NCBI GenBank assembly: GCA_047285805.1
Contig: JBJBCN010000003.1
Coordinates: 768,001 to 832,000, forward strand
DNA length: 64,000 bases
Direction of reading: 5' to 3'
DNA from: Synechococcus sp.
GTDB taxonomy: Bacteria; Cyanobacteriota; Cyanobacteriia; PCC-6307; Cyanobiaceae
Of the stretch, positions 41,434 through 52,029 are shown in pieces. The notes beneath the pieces are model-generated. The model did not search any database. It was not told the origin of the DNA and saw nothing but the letters and a program-made list of their open reading frames with translations. The translations under genes were made by a program, and so were the position numbers. Each line of letters begins with the position of its first letter. Position 1 is the stretch's first letter.

Positions 41434-42649
41434 GGCGTTCCGCCAGACGCTCCAACAAATCAGTGCTCATCTTGGCGGCACCGCCACCACTGCCGATGCG
41501 CTCGTCTCCGAGCTGCCGCAGTTCCTCATGCCAGCGCTGATCGACCAGCAGGCGGTTGAGCAATTGCTCCAGGAGCTTCGCGGTCCCTTGGAGCTGCTCC
41601 TCGCTGCCCGCGCTCCCCGGGGCACAGAACAGGCCTGGCCCCAGTAGGCGTCGCTGGGCTTCGGCGAAGTTGTCGGTGAACTGGGGCCCATCGCCGACGA
41701 GTTGCAGGACTGGCTTACCCAGGCCTACGCACTGTTCGGCGGCGGTCCCGGTCATCGACAGCAGCAAATCGCACTGCTGAATAACGGCTGCAAAGCGCCC
41801 CCACTCCAACTGCAGGTGGAGTGGACCACGCTGCAGGCTGCAGCGGCTGCTGCTCTCCAATTCCAACCGCCAGCCCAACCGGCTCGCCAAAGGCGCCACT
41901 TCCTGGGGCGTCAGTTTTCCCACCAGGGCCGCATGCAGCCCGAGGCGTTGGGGAGGCCGGAGCGCTTCGGGCAGGCGCTCCAGCACCCCCAGCATCAGCT
42001 CCAGGTTGTGCAGGGCCTCAGGTAGTCGGCTACCGGGCAGCAGACCGAGCCGCTGCCGCGGCGCACCTGCCAAGTCGTCGCTCTCCCCCAGGGCCCCATC
42101 AAAGAAGGGGTTGCCGAAAAACTGCACTGGCCGCTTTAGCTGCTCGCTGAGGTCACTCGCGGTGAGTTGATCTCGGCTGTACACCCCCAGGGAGCGCTTG
42201 GATTTCAGGCAGCCGCCGCAGGGCCAGGGCAGCTGCAGGCGTCCCTCATAGTGGCTGGAGTAGGCCACCAAGTAGGTCGACATCGGCCGGCGGCTCAACC
42301 ATGCCGCCACCACCGGGATGACATCGCCGACCACCAGGATCAGGTCGTAGCGATGGCCGATGCGCAGCAGGAGCAGTAGCCGGCTCAGCAGGTAGAGCAC
42401 CTGCCCTTGCACGACCTCGGTGATCCGTCCGATCAGGCTCGTGTAGCCGAGGCCGCCAGTGCTGTATTCGCGGGTCTTGCCCCGCGTCGTGATGCCCGCC
42501 TGGCTGTAGGCCTGGCCGTGGCCCACCAGGGACAGCGCTTCAACGCTGCACCCCTGTTGCTGGAGCGCCGTTCCGATCAGGGCACCACTGAGGTCTTCGC
42601 CGTGGCCGTTGCTCAGCAACAGGATGCGCCGCTGGCCGTGTTGGGCCAT
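41426..42649 (-). CDS. Lipid-A-disaccharide synthase-related protein
   Basis: LLLSNGHGED, LLPGSR and MTGTAAEQCVGLGKP motifs. Confidence 0.85.
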   Translation of the reverse strand: MAQHGQRRILLLSNGHGEDLSGALIGTALQQQGCSVEALSLVGHGQAYSQAGITTRGKTREYSTGGLGYTSLIGRITEVVQGQVLYLLSRLLLLLRIGHRYDLILVVGDVIPVVAAWLSRRPMSTYLVAYSSHYEGRLQLPWPCGGCLKSKRSLGVYSRDQLTASDLSEQLKRPVQFFGNPFFDGALGESDDLAGAPRQRLGLLPGSRLPEALHNLELMLGVLERLPEALRPPQRLGLHAALVGKLTPQEVAPLASRLGWRLELESSSRCSLQRGPLHLQLEWGRFAAVIQQCDLLLSMTGTAAEQCVGLGKPVLQLVGDGPQFTDNFAEAQRRLLGPGLFCAPGSAGSEEQLQGTAKLLEQLLNRLLVDQRWHEELRQLGDERIGSGGGAAKMSTDLLERLAERHG

Positions 42650-43071
42650 CACCCGTGAAGCCAAGCTTTGACCTTTTGCAGGGCCTGCCAGTCGGGGCGC
42701 CGGGCCAGGCCATCGGCGATGGAGGAGTCGAGTTCTTCGCCGATCTCCGGGGCCATCACCCGCACGCGCTGCACTAACTCGATGTGCTCCCGAACGCCTT
42801 TGACGTTGTTCTCGAGCATCGCCAGGCTCAGGTTGATCCTGGCCTGGGGGTCCTGGGGGTTGAGCTTGACCGCCATCCGTGCTGAGCGCAGCGCCGTCTG
42901 CGCTTGGTTGTCCAGCAGTTGGAGCCAGGCCAGGCAGGTCCAGCCGGCGGAGAGTCGGGGGTCCTGTTGGGTGATCTGCTCGAAGCTGGTGATCACCTCA
43001 GACAGAGGTGCGCCCTCGTTGTAGCTCTTCAGGGCCTGCTCAAACAGAGGGGGCGCGTCAGTGGCGGTCAT
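42649..43071 (-). CDS. TPR-like conserved protein
   Basis: WTCLAWLQLL...AVKLNPQDPQARINLSLAM TPR-type helices. Confidence 0.8.
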   Translation of the reverse strand: MTATDAPPLFEQALKSYNEGAPLSEVITSFEQITQQDPRLSAGWTCLAWLQLLDNQAQTALRSARMAVKLNPQDPQARINLSLAMLENNVKGVREHIELVQRVRVMAPEIGEELDSSIADGLARRPDWQALQKVKAWLHG

Positions 43072-43119
43072 GGCGGAGGGCGTGCCGTTTCGTCAGCTCA
43101 GATTCGCACCCGAGGGGGA

Positions 43120-43515
43120 TCAGACCGCGAAGGAGCTGCCGCAGCCACAGGTTTGGGTGGCGTTGGGGTTGGTGAAGTTGAACCCGCCGCCGATAAGGGC
43201 CGATGAGAAGTCGAGCTGCATCCCATATATGTAGAGGAGGCTTTTGGGGTCGCTCACCACGGTGAAGCTGGGGGCTCCGCTGGGCTCATAGATGTAGCGC
43301 TCATCGTCCTCGCGGATCTCGCTGCTATCGATGAAGTCCATCGTGTAGCTCATGCCGCTGCAGCCGCCGGAGCGCACGCCCACCCGCAGGACTTTGCCTT
43401 CCCCTTGGGCCGGCAGCAGGGTGGCCAGCTGTTTCATCGCCGGCTCGGTGATCAGGATCCCTTTGCCGTCCCGGCCGGTGTGGGTCGCGACTGGGGTGGC
43501 GGTCTCGCTGGTCAT
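43120..43515 (-). CDS. iscA: Fe-S cluster assembly accessory protein IscA/HesB
   Basis: LRVGVRSGGCSGMSY and FTNPNATQTCGCGSSF; ATG 43515. Confidence 0.92.
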   Translation of the reverse strand: MTSETATPVATHTGRDGKGILITEPAMKQLATLLPAQGEGKVLRVGVRSGGCSGMSYTMDFIDSSEIREDDERYIYEPSGAPSFTVVSDPKSLLYIYGMQLDFSSALIGGGFNFTNPNATQTCGCGSSFAV

Positions 43516-43608
43516 CGGAGCAATGGCCTGTGTTCCCACTCTATGGAGGTCCTTTCTCCGCTGCCTTGTCACCCTTCTCCATAGAGTCACCCCATTAGTG
43601 GGAGAACA

Positions 43609-45087
43609 ATGGTGCGGGTCGCCATCGTGGGTGCGGGTCTGGCCGGATTGGCGGCGGCGGTCGATTTGGTGGACGCTGGCCACCAAATCGACCTCTATGA
43701 GTCGCGTCCCTTCATGGGCGGCAAGGTTGGCAGCTGGGTCGATGAGGGTGGCAACCACATTGAGATGGGCCTGCACGTCTTCTTCTTCAACTACGCCAAC
43801 CTCTTTGCCCTGCTCCGCAAGGTGGGGGCGATCGACAATCTGCTGCCAAAGGACCACACCCATCTGTTCGTAAACGCCGATGGTGATCTGCGGGAGTTGG
43901 ATTTCCGCTTCGCCCTGGGGGCACCCTTCAACGGCCTGAAGGCCTTCTTCACCACGCCACAGCTCGATTGGCTCGACAAGCTCCGCAATGCCTTGGCCTT
44001 GGGCACCAGCCCGATCGTTCGCGGCCTTGTCGATTACGAGGGGGCGATGAAGGTGATTCGTGATCTCGACCGGATCAGCTTCCAGGAGTGGTTCCTGAGC
44101 CACGGCGGCAGTGAGCAGAGTATCCGCCGGATGTGGAATCCGATTGCCTATGCCCTCGGTTTCATCGACTGCGAGGCGATCTCGGCCCGCTGCATGCTGA
44201 CCATCTTCATGATGTTCGCGGCGAAGACCGAGGCCTCCAAGCTCAACCTGCTGAAGGGCTCCCCCCACCGCTGGTTGACCGGCCCGATCCTCGAGTACAT
44301 CCAGGAGCGCGGGGCGCGGCTGCACCTGCGGCACCGCGTGACCGAGGTGCAGTTTGAGGAGGTCGCCGGTGAAACTCATGTCACCGGGCTGACCCTCGGA
44401 ACCCCCGATGGAGAACTGCAGGTTGAAGCCGACACTTACCTGGCGGCCTGTGATGTGCAGGGCATCCAGCGGATGGTCCCTCAGGCCTGGCGCCGTTGGC
44501 CCCTCTTCGACAACCTGTACAAGCTGGAGGCCGTCCCCGTGGCCACGGTTCAGCTCCGCTACGACGGTTGGGTGACCGAGCTGGGCGACTCCCCGATGGC
44601 CGAAGCCGCTCGCCGCGATGTGGCCCGCCCCGCTGGTCTCGACAATCTTCTCTATACCGCTGACGCTGACTTCAGCTGTTTTGCGGACCTGGCCCTGGCC
44701 AGTCCCGTGGATTACCGCAAGGAGGGCGTCGGCTCCCTGCTCCAGTGCGTCCTCACCCCAGGCGACCCCTGGATTCCCAAGAAGACCGAAGAGATCGTCG
44801 CGGCCACCGATGCCCAGGTGAGGCGCCTGTTCCCCTCGGCGAAAAACCTCAACCTGGTCTGGAGCAACGTCGTCAAGCTGGCTCAGTCCCTGTATCGCGA
44901 GGCGCCGGGGATGGAGGCCTACCGCCCGGATCAGGCCACGCCGGTCACCAACTTCTTTATGGCCGGGAGCTACACCAAGCAGGACTACATCGATTCGATG
45001 GAAGGCGCCACGATGAGCGGGCGTCTAGCCGCCGCCGCGATCCTGGGTCGTCAGGCTGAGCTGGCCACCAATGTATCTGTCGCCTAG
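43609..45087 (+). CDS. zds: 9,9'-di-cis-zeta-carotene desaturase
   Basis: [31 protein letters not shown] and YIDSMEGAT motifs. Confidence 0.95.
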   Translation: MVRVAIVGAGLAGLAAAVDLVDAGHQIDLYESRPFMGGKVGSWVDEGGNHIEMGLHVFFFNYANLFALLRKVGAIDNLLPKDHTHLFVNADGDLRELDFRFALGAPFNGLKAFFTTPQLDWLDKLRNALALGTSPIVRGLVDYEGAMKVIRDLDRISFQEWFLSHGGSEQSIRRMWNPIAYALGFIDCEAISARCMLTIFMMFAAKTEASKLNLLKGSPHRWLTGPILEYIQERGARLHLRHRVTEVQFEEVAGETHVTGLTLGTPDGELQVEADTYLAACDVQGIQRMVPQAWRRWPLFDNLYKLEAVPVATVQLRYDGWVTELGDSPMAEAARRDVARPAGLDNLLYTADADFSCFADLALASPVDYRKEGVGSLLQCVLTPGDPWIPKKTEEIVAATDAQVRRLFPSAKNLNLVWSNVVKLAQSLYREAPGMEAYRPDQATPVTNFFMAGSYTKQDYIDSMEGATMSGRLAAAAILGRQAELATNVSVA

Positions 45088-45092
45088 AGACC

Positions 45093-45548
45093 ATGGGCCG
45101 TTGGCTTGAACACAGCGTCACTACAGAGGTGAAGGCACCGGCCGAACGGGTCTGGGCGGTTTGGAGTGATCTTGAGGCCATGCCCCGCTGGATGAACTGG
45201 ATCGAGTCCGTCATCACCGAAGCCGGCGACCCGGATCTGACCAATTGGACCCTTGCGGCCCAGGGCTTTCGCTTCCAGTGGAAGGCGCGCATCACCGAGC
45301 GGGTGGAGGCGCAACAGCTCCATTGGGAATCGGTGGGAGGACTGCCCACAAAAGGGGCCGTTCGCTTTTACCCCCAGGGGCCGCAGACCACCGCTGTGAA
45401 GTTGACCGTCAGTTACGAGTTACCGGGAATGTTGGCGCCGTTGATGGATCCTTCCATCCTGGGGGGGATCGTGACCAAGGAGCTCCAGGCCAACCTGGAT
45501 CGCTTCCGCGATCTCGTACAAAGCGGGTATGGCCAAGCTGCGAGCTAA
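45093..45548 (+). CDS. SRPBCC/polyketide-cyclase-family protein
   Basis: WLEHSV...VWAVWSDLEAMPRWM...GLPTKGAVRF; immediately downstream of zds. Confidence 0.88.
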   Translation: MGRWLEHSVTTEVKAPAERVWAVWSDLEAMPRWMNWIESVITEAGDPDLTNWTLAAQGFRFQWKARITERVEAQQLHWESVGGLPTKGAVRFYPQGPQTTAVKLTVSYELPGMLAPLMDPSILGGIVTKELQANLDRFRDLVQSGYGQAAS

Positions 45549-45554
45549 GACTCG

Positions 45555-46022
45555 ATGTTGGCGTTGCCAGTGCTGCTTGCCCTGGCGGCCTGCGAAATAG
45601 GCCAGAGCAGCAGCACGGTCCCCACGACAGGTTTTGTGCTGCCTCCGTCGGGCACTCCTGAGTCCACGCCCCTCACCCCCTCAGGGGGCTTCATCGCAAT
45701 GCCGAGCCCGCAGCAGGTGGTGGAGGCGCAACCCCATGGCCGCGTTGATCCCTTCGCTCCGGTGGGGATGGCGTCGGCCACGGATGGCAGCACATCCACT
45801 CAACTGCAGCTCACCGGTTTGATCGGCAGTGCCCGCAGCGCCCAGGCTCTGATCAGCCTGGGCGGCCAGAGCGAGATGGTCTGTGTGGGCCGGCAGCGCC
45901 TCTGCCCGGGGTCGGGCCTACCGGCTCTCTTGCTTCCGGGGTGGACCGTGACCGGTATCGACCTGGGGCGCGGTGAGTTGCGCTTGAACCAGTCCGGTCA
46001 GCAGCGGGTGTTCAGTCTTTAA
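45555..46022 (+). CDS. Putative lipoprotein, PilP/GspC-like features
   Basis: Lipobox LAAC, low-complexity linker, GRVDPF, LQLTGLIG...QALI and GWTVTGI. Confidence 0.6.
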   Translation: MLALPVLLALAACEIGQSSSTVPTTGFVLPPSGTPESTPLTPSGGFIAMPSPQQVVEAQPHGRVDPFAPVGMASATDGSTSTQLQLTGLIGSARSAQALISLGGQSEMVCVGRQRLCPGSGLPALLLPGWTVTGIDLGRGELRLNQSGQQRVFSL

Positions 46023-46797
46023 AGGCGGCGCTGCAGGCGGCGACGAGCCCATCGAGGTCATGGGGGTTTGCTTCGCTATCCACCCGGCCCAGTACGGCCT
46101 GAAGGGTCTTCGAGGTTTGCGGTCCGATTGAGATCAGCCGCACTTGCTCCAGGGGCTCCCGCCAGCTGGCGCCGAAGTGCTGCTCCAGTAATTGGGCGGT
46201 GTGTTGCACGGTCTTGCCGCTGCTGAAGGTGATCGCATCCACCCGCCTTTCCGCTAGGGCTGAGGTGGTGGCCGCAGGCAGGTTGTCGGGGCAGCGGGAT
46301 TCATAGGCCGCGACTTCCACGACCCGGGCTCCGGCTTCGCCAAAGGCCTCGGCCAGCAGGGTGCGCCCGCCACTTTGCACCCGGGGGAGCAGGAGCCGCA
46401 GTCCCCAGCCCGAGACGGGGAAATGCTCAATCAGGCTGTCGGCGACGAAGGCTGGTGGCACGAAATCGGCGGCTGCCCCCAGCGCCTCAAGACGTGCCGC
46501 TGTTTTGCGACCCACCGCCGCAATCTTCAAGCTGTTGGGCCGCCGGCCTAGGTTGCTGCCGAGGCGGAGGAGCCGCTGCTCTACCGCGTCGACGCCATTG
46601 CTGCTGGAAACGATGAGCCAGTGGAACTCCTCCAGTTCCGCCAGGGCGTCATCGAGTGGTCCCCATTCATCGGGCGGACCGATGACGAGGGCGGGGAGAT
46701 CGAGGACCTCGGCTCCGGCCTCCTCAAACAATTGGCGAGCGGCGCCCAGTTGCTGTTCCGCCCGGGTCACCGCGATGGTGCGCCCTTGCAAGTCCAT
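46012..46797 (-). CDS. hemD: Uroporphyrinogen-III synthase
   Basis: IAVTRA, SSSNGV, AAVGRKTA, FSSGKTV and SIGPQT motifs. Confidence 0.92.
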   Translation of the reverse strand: MDLQGRTIAVTRAEQQLGAARQLFEEAGAEVLDLPALVIGPPDEWGPLDDALAELEEFHWLIVSSSNGVDAVEQRLLRLGSNLGRRPNSLKIAAVGRKTAARLEALGAAADFVPPAFVADSLIEHFPVSGWGLRLLLPRVQSGGRTLLAEAFGEAGARVVEVAAYESRCPDNLPAATTSALAERRVDAITFSSGKTVQHTAQLLEQHFGASWREPLEQVRLISIGPQTSKTLQAVLGRVDSEANPHDLDGLVAACSAAFKD

Positions 46798-46800
46798 TCC

Positions 46801-47994
46801 TCAGCCCTCGAGCTTGACCAGTTCTCCGGCCTGCTTGTGCAGCCGCTGGGCCTCCTGGGTGCGGCCCTGGTCGATCAGCAGTTGGATGGCATCGCGAAAG
46901 CTGCCGCGGGAGCCATCAATGTCACCCCCCAGCAGCAGCGCAACCGCGAGGTTCTGGTGGGTTTCTGCGTGGCCGGGGTTGACCCGCTTGGCCTCCCGGT
47001 AGGCCTCCAGGGCGCCAGCGAGATTGCCCTTTTTCCGGCGGATCAGCCCAAGGTTGTACCAGCCTAGGCCGATCTCAGGAGCGACGCGGGTGGCCCGGGC
47101 GCTGAGGGTTTCCGCCTCCTCGAGTTGACCGAGTTGCAGGAGGAGCGCCGCCAGGTTGAGTTGGGCCGCCAGGTTCAGGCGCGGGGCTAGGGGGATCGTG
47201 AGGGCCTGGCGGTAGTACTGCTCCGCTTGCTGTGGGTTCTGGCCGGCTTCCGCGAGGGCCAGGTGCAGCAGCAGCTCGTAGCGCTCGGGGTGGGCCTCAG
47301 CGGGGCAGTGCTTGAGGCCCTCTTCCAGGAGCGCCAGGCCGCGTTTGAGGTTCCCTTCGGCCACCTCCAGGCTGCCCAACTTGGCGCAGGCGTAGGGGTC
47401 GCCGGGGCGGGCCTTGAGTTCCTCTTCCATGGCTTGGCGCAGCCGCTCGGGCTTATTGCCTTGGGCCAACAGCTCGGGTCGGTAACCGTCATGGTCGATT
47501 GCCGGCTCGGAGCAATTGGCGATGCGCCACTTCGGCTCGTCCTTGAGCAAGGCCGCGACGCTGTCGTCAATCATCGAGTGGTAGGCCCGGCTCCACTGGA
47601 TGCGGGGATGGCGCCGGAAGAGGCGACTGACGTTGGAGTAAGGCGATTGGATCGCGCCGCGTTCATGGCGCAGCAGGTTGATGACCAGGACATCCGGTTG
47701 GGCCATCAAGGCCCGTAGCGGCTTCCAGGCCTCAGGCTTGAGCCGTTCATCGGCATCGAGTACCAGCACCCAGTCCCCTTGCACCATCGTGAGCGCTTGG
47801 TTACGGGCTGGGGCGAAGTCCCCGGGCCATTCGATCTGCTCGACCCGGGCGCCGGCTGCCTCGGCGAGCGCCATGGTGTTGTCCTTGGAGCCGGTGTCGA
47901 TAACCACCATCTCGTCGACAAAGCCTTGAGCGGACTTCAGGCAGTCTTCGATTTGCCCGGCTTCATCCCGAACGATCATCGAGAGGCTGAGCAT
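46801..47994 (-). CDS. GT2 glycosyltransferase with TPR repeats
   Basis: LSMIVRDEA, DTGSKD, DFAPARN and LDADE, followed by TPRs. Confidence 0.9.
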   Translation of the reverse strand: MLSLSMIVRDEAGQIEDCLKSAQGFVDEMVVIDTGSKDNTMALAEAAGARVEQIEWPGDFAPARNQALTMVQGDWVLVLDADERLKPEAWKPLRALMAQPDVLVINLLRHERGAIQSPYSNVSRLFRRHPRIQWSRAYHSMIDDSVAALLKDEPKWRIANCSEPAIDHDGYRPELLAQGNKPERLRQAMEEELKARPGDPYACAKLGSLEVAEGNLKRGLALLEEGLKHCPAEAHPERYELLLHLALAEAGQNPQQAEQYYRQALTIPLAPRLNLAAQLNLAALLLQLGQLEEAETLSARATRVAPEIGLGWYNLGLIRRKKGNLAGALEAYREAKRVNPGHAETHQNLAVALLLGGDIDGSRGSFRDAIQLLIDQGRTQEAQRLHKQAGELVKLEG

Positions 47995-48047
47995 GGTGGG
48001 TGCCGGCGGCCGCGATAGACGGCCCGAGGCTAGTGGGAGCTGCCCGT

Positions 48048-49649
48048 TTAGTCGGTAAAGCCGCCCTCCAGCGCCGCCTCCGGCAGCCCCAGGGCCTCCA
48101 GCAGCAGCGCTTGGGCCTGGGGCATCTGGGCTGGGCTGTAGGCCGCGGGCAGCTCCGGCGGCAGCAGTGGTTCAAGGGTCTGCCAGAGGTAGGGGCTGCC
48201 ATAGACCGCCAAGCCCGCCAGACGTCCTGCCGCCAGCAGTTGCTGCACGACCTGGGGCCAGGGTTCATCGCCGCCGGAACTGCCGCGGAAGGGATTGCCC
48301 CGCACCAGGAGCTGGAGCAGCACCGGACCCTCCGGTAGGTGATCGAGGGCCAAAGGAGCCAAGGGATCGTCGCTCCAGGGGCTCGGGCTGCGGGCGTCAA
48401 TCAGCCGCGCCTCGTAGCGCAAGGTCATTGGCCGCAGCAGGGCTGGGGCCGCCAGCGGCAGTTGCGGCGCGTTGAGCTGGTTGTCGAGTCGGATCAGGTT
48501 CAGTCCCGGTCCGGCGGGAAGGCCCCGGTTGCCCTGGCGTACGAGGCTGACGGCGAGCAGTTCGCCGCTGAGTTGCCGTTCGCTCGCTGTGACGAGCCCA
48601 TCCAGGGCGGCGTCCAGCGCCTCATGGGTAGCCATGCAGCGCGCGAGGGCCGCACGCCGCCGCTCAAGGCTGGCCTCTAACCGCTGCCCGCTGATCCGGT
48701 CGCTCTGCACGGCCTTCACCAAGCCATCGAGGGCCTCTTGGGCATCGGCGGGCATGAGGATCAAATCCGCCCCGGCTTCAAAGGCGAGTACGGCGGCTTC
48801 GGCGCTGCCGTGGTGCCGGCTGATGGCCTCCATGACCAGGGCATCGGTCACCACCAGTCCAGGGAACTGCAGCTCCTGGCGCAGCAGACCGGTCAGGACG
48901 GCTTGAGAGAGGGTGGCCGGTTTCGCGCTGTCTAGGTCTGGCAGGCGGAGGTGGCCGGTCATCACTGAGGCCACCCCCGCGGCAATAGCCCGCTGAAAGG
49001 GCGGCAGCTCGATCTGATCGAGGCGTTCGCGGCGATGGGGCAGTTCGGGCAACTCCAGGTGCGAATCACAGCTGGTGTCGCCGTGGCCGGGGAAGTGTTT
49101 GGCGCAGGCCAGCACGCCTTCGGCTTGGCAGCCTTTGATGAATGCCGACGTCAGGGACCCGGCACTCTCGGGGGTCTCCCCCCAGGCGCGCACATTGATA
49201 ACGGGGTTGGCCGGGTTGTTGTTGACGTCGCAGACCGGACCCAGCACCCAGTTGAGCCCCAGCAGTCGTGCTTGCCGGCCGGTGCAGCGGCCGTAGCGCT
49301 CCGCCAAGCTCCTCGCCCGCTGGGGATCGCGCGAATACAGCGCTCCCAGCGCCAGGGGAGGCGCAAGCCAGGAGGCCCCCTCAAAGCGCTGGCCGACCCC
49401 CTCTTCCACGTCGGCGCAGAGCAGGAGGGGCTGGCCCGCCCAGCGTAGGAGTTGCTCGCAGCGCAGGCGCAGTTCCTCTGCGCTGCCTCCCAGCAGGATC
49501 ACTCCGCCAACCCCCTGCTCGAGGAACGCCCGCAGCTGCGCGTTGCTCAGTTCCCAGCGGGGGTAGCGGCGCTGATGGTCCCGGGCATGGCCGCTGCCCC
49601 GTACCACCAGCAGGCTGGCGAGCTGTCGCCGGAGCTCAGAAGCCTCCAT
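48048..49649 (-). CDS. GH3 beta-N-acetylhexosaminidase (NagZ-like)
   Basis: [20 protein letters not shown] and VTDALVM motifs. Confidence 0.88.
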   Translation of the reverse strand: MEASELRRQLASLLVVRGSGHARDHQRRYPRWELSNAQLRAFLEQGVGGVILLGGSAEELRLRCEQLLRWAGQPLLLCADVEEGVGQRFEGASWLAPPLALGALYSRDPQRARSLAERYGRCTGRQARLLGLNWVLGPVCDVNNNPANPVINVRAWGETPESAGSLTSAFIKGCQAEGVLACAKHFPGHGDTSCDSHLELPELPHRRERLDQIELPPFQRAIAAGVASVMTGHLRLPDLDSAKPATLSQAVLTGLLRQELQFPGLVVTDALVMEAISRHHGSAEAAVLAFEAGADLILMPADAQEALDGLVKAVQSDRISGQRLEASLERRRAALARCMATHEALDAALDGLVTASERQLSGELLAVSLVRQGNRGLPAGPGLNLIRLDNQLNAPQLPLAAPALLRPMTLRYEARLIDARSPSPWSDDPLAPLALDHLPEGPVLLQLLVRGNPFRGSSGGDEPWPQVVQQLLAAGRLAGLAVYGSPYLWQTLEPLLPPELPAAYSPAQMPQAQALLLEALGLPEAALEGGFTD

Positions 49650-50046
49650 CCTCCTGTTGGCCAGTGCCTTCGGGAACCTCGCCGCGCTCTTGGCGCTGCT
49701 CCTCGAGTTGGTTCAGCAAGCCGAGCACGGAGGTGCCCTTCTCGATGCCGCGGTCCAGCTGGAAGATCACCTCTGGGGTACGGCGCATATTCAGCCGGCG
49801 GCCGAGCTCTCCTTTGACGTAGTTCGAGGCCGAGCGCAGACCCTCGAGGGCTTGCTGTTGTACCTCTGCGCTCCCGTAGACGCTGACAAAAATCTTGCAG
49901 TGCTGCAGATCGCCGGCCACATCCACATTGGTGATGCTGACCATCCCCAGGCTGACCCGCTCGTCCTTGATTCCGGTGACCAGCAGCTCGCTGACTTCCC
50001 GGCGGATCAGAGCGGCCACTCGCTCAACGCGACGACCTTGCGCCAT
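49636..50046 (-). CDS. rbfA: Ribosome-binding factor A
   Basis: [25 protein letters not shown] and [11 protein letters not shown]. Confidence 0.95.
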   Translation of the reverse strand: MAQGRRVERVAALIRREVSELLVTGIKDERVSLGMVSITNVDVAGDLQHCKIFVSVYGSAEVQQQALEGLRSASNYVKGELGRRLNMRRTPEVIFQLDRGIEKGTSVLGLLNQLEEQRQERGEVPEGTGQQEDGGF

Positions 50047-50048
50047 GG

Positions 50049-50255
50049 CTATGCGATGACCTCGGGAGTCACCATCGCACGAAGAATCAGGGTGATGCTC
50101 ACTAGGCCGCTCACCAGGGCTCCGATCAGGGCGACGGCGGTGACCGGGTTGCTGCGGCGCTGGGCGAGGGGTTCCAGGACGGAGTTGGCGACGCCAAGCC
50201 CGAACGCAATCAAGTAGCGCGGATAGCGCGTGACGTTCAGAAAAAAGTCCCGCAT
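50049..50255 (-). CDS. DUF751-family small membrane protein
   Basis: [16 protein letters not shown]...ILRAM; upstream of rbfA. Confidence 0.85.
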   Translation of the reverse strand: MRDFFLNVTRYPRYLIAFGLGVANSVLEPLAQRRSNPVTAVALIGALVSGLVSITLILRAMVTPEVIA

Positions 50256-50334
50256 GGGGGCCGGGGCGCTGATCAAACAGTGCTGGCTACTCTGCCGCCA
50301 AAGGGCACCCAGTGCCGCGCGATCCGATCTTTTG

Positions 50335-51045
50335 ATGCTGGAGCTCCATCAGTTCCGCCATTCCGCCTTCTGCGAGAAGGTCCGCTTGGTGTTGGCCTTC
50401 AAGCAACTCGGCTTCACGCCGGTTGAGGTCACCCCCGGTGTTGGTCAGGTCGACCTCTACCGGCTCTCCGGCCAGCGGCAGGTGCCGGTCCTCGTCGACG
50501 GCAGTGAGGTGATCGCTGACTCCACGGCCATCGCGATGCATCTGGAGCAAAAGCATCCCGATCCTGCGCTGCTTCCGAGCGATCCCGCCCTGCGGGCCCA
50601 GGTGCTGTTGCTGGAGGACTGGGCAGATACCGCCCTGGCGGCTGGAGCGCGGATGGCCCTGTTGCAGTCGGCAGCCAGCGATCCGGTGCTGCGCGATGGC
50701 TTGCTGCCGGAGGCCACCCCATCCCCTCTGCGCTCGCTTGTGGGTGCCTTGCCAGGCGGGGTGCTTAGCGGCGTCGGTCAAGTGCTTGACCAGCAGGTCC
50801 TCCAGCAACTGCCCAGCAGCCTCGAGCAGCTCACGGCCCTCGTGCAGGCCCAGCCCTATCTGGTGGGGGATCAACTCACCCTGGCGGACTTGGCGGTGAT
50901 GGCCCAGTTGTCCCTGATCAAGTTCCCCAGCTCCTCCGGCAGTCCGTTGGCAGGCCGTGGGGTGGCGGGGTTGGCTGACGATCCCCGTCTGAAATCGCTC
51001 TGGCTCTGGCGCGATCGCCTGGGGCTCCAATTGGGGCCCCCCTAG
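50335..51045 (+). CDS. Glutathione S-transferase-family protein
   Basis: SAFCEKVR, GQRQVPVL, DSTAIA and YLVGDQLTLADLAV; ATG 50335. Confidence 0.9.
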   Translation: MLELHQFRHSAFCEKVRLVLAFKQLGFTPVEVTPGVGQVDLYRLSGQRQVPVLVDGSEVIADSTAIAMHLEQKHPDPALLPSDPALRAQVLLLEDWADTALAAGARMALLQSAASDPVLRDGLLPEATPSPLRSLVGALPGGVLSGVGQVLDQQVLQQLPSSLEQLTALVQAQPYLVGDQLTLADLAVMAQLSLIKFPSSSGSPLAGRGVAGLADDPRLKSLWLWRDRLGLQLGPP

Positions 51046-51710
51046 GGCTGCCGCTCCAGCACGAGCGTTCCGCTCCAGTTGCGCTTGGCTTCAGCGATCA
51101 GGCCCTCGGCGGGAGAGTCGTACCTCACCTGCCATTGCTGTGCCTCGATCCGATTGGCATTGATGCGGACATAGCGGCTGAGGGTCTCGACTTGGCTGAT
51201 GCGCGGATCGCCGGGGCCATGCAGCACCTGCAGGCTGAGCTCGTCAGCCAGGAATTGATCCGTTGGCAGCCGTTCGCTGCGGCGCCCCACCACGGTGGAC
51301 TCCAAATAGCGATCTCCGCTGAGATCGGCAAGCTGTCTATTGGGGTTCTGGGGGGCGTTGCGGACCCGCTGCAGCTGCTCCCCGAGGAGCGCCCGTCCGA
51401 CGGAATTGGCGTTGAAGGCGCGGTCACCAACGATGCGTCCGGAGGAGGATTGGATGAACCGGACTGCGTACTCGATCTCCGGTTCCACGCCGCTGAGGTC
51501 GGCGCTGGTGGCCCTCCAGTTCCCCTCAAACCACGCGGGATAGACGAGATCGCGCGCTCCGGGCCGCGGTAGCGGTGCCGGCAGGCTCCATGCCGGCCAG
51601 CTCTCGAGTCGTTTTTCCAGGGTTGACGCCGCCGCGGCAGGGAGGCCGCCGCTGAGCAGGATGACCAGGGTGAGCAGGAGCGCCAGCAGCGGTCGACGGG
51701 CATGCGGCAT
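51042..51710 (-). CDS. Conserved exported protein (DUF6816-like)
   Basis: Signal peptide then WPAWSLPAPL, DLVYPAWFEGNW, DRAFN and NPNRQ. Confidence 0.7.
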   Translation of the reverse strand: MPHARRPLLALLLTLVILLSGGLPAAAASTLEKRLESWPAWSLPAPLPRPGARDLVYPAWFEGNWRATSADLSGVEPEIEYAVRFIQSSSGRIVGDRAFNANSVGRALLGEQLQRVRNAPQNPNRQLADLSGDRYLESTVVGRRSERLPTDQFLADELSLQVLHGPGDPRISQVETLSRYVRINANRIEAQQWQVRYDSPAEGLIAEAKRNWSGTLVLERQP

Positions 51711-51759
51711 GCGGCACACGTGGCAGGCTGCCTGTGATCCTGCCGCCTGAGACGGCCCC

Positions 51760-52029
51760 ATGTCCGATCCCCTGATTCGCGAGCTGGATCACTACGTGGT
51801 GCTGGAGCCGGGGAAGCCCGAGCAATTGCTGACCGTTGCGGAGACCTTGGCGTGGCTGCAGCAGCAATTGAGCTCCCTCGAGCCCATCCCAGAGGACCTT
51901 TCGGGCTTGACCACGACGGCCGATCAGGCGCAGCGGTTGCTGGAGACGGCCTGTGAGTTGGAGCTGCAGCCCGGTGTGACGGTGCAGTGGTTTGCGATTC
52001 GACTGGAGCCGCCCGGCGCGGCTAATTGA
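51760..52029 (+). CDS. crr7: Chlororespiratory reduction protein 7 (NDH-1 assembly factor)
   Basis: MSDPLIRELDHYVVLEPG...LLETACELE...QWFAIRLE. Confidence 0.85.
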   Translation: MSDPLIRELDHYVVLEPGKPEQLLTVAETLAWLQQQLSSLEPIPEDLSGLTTTADQAQRLLETACELELQPGVTVQWFAIRLEPPGAAN

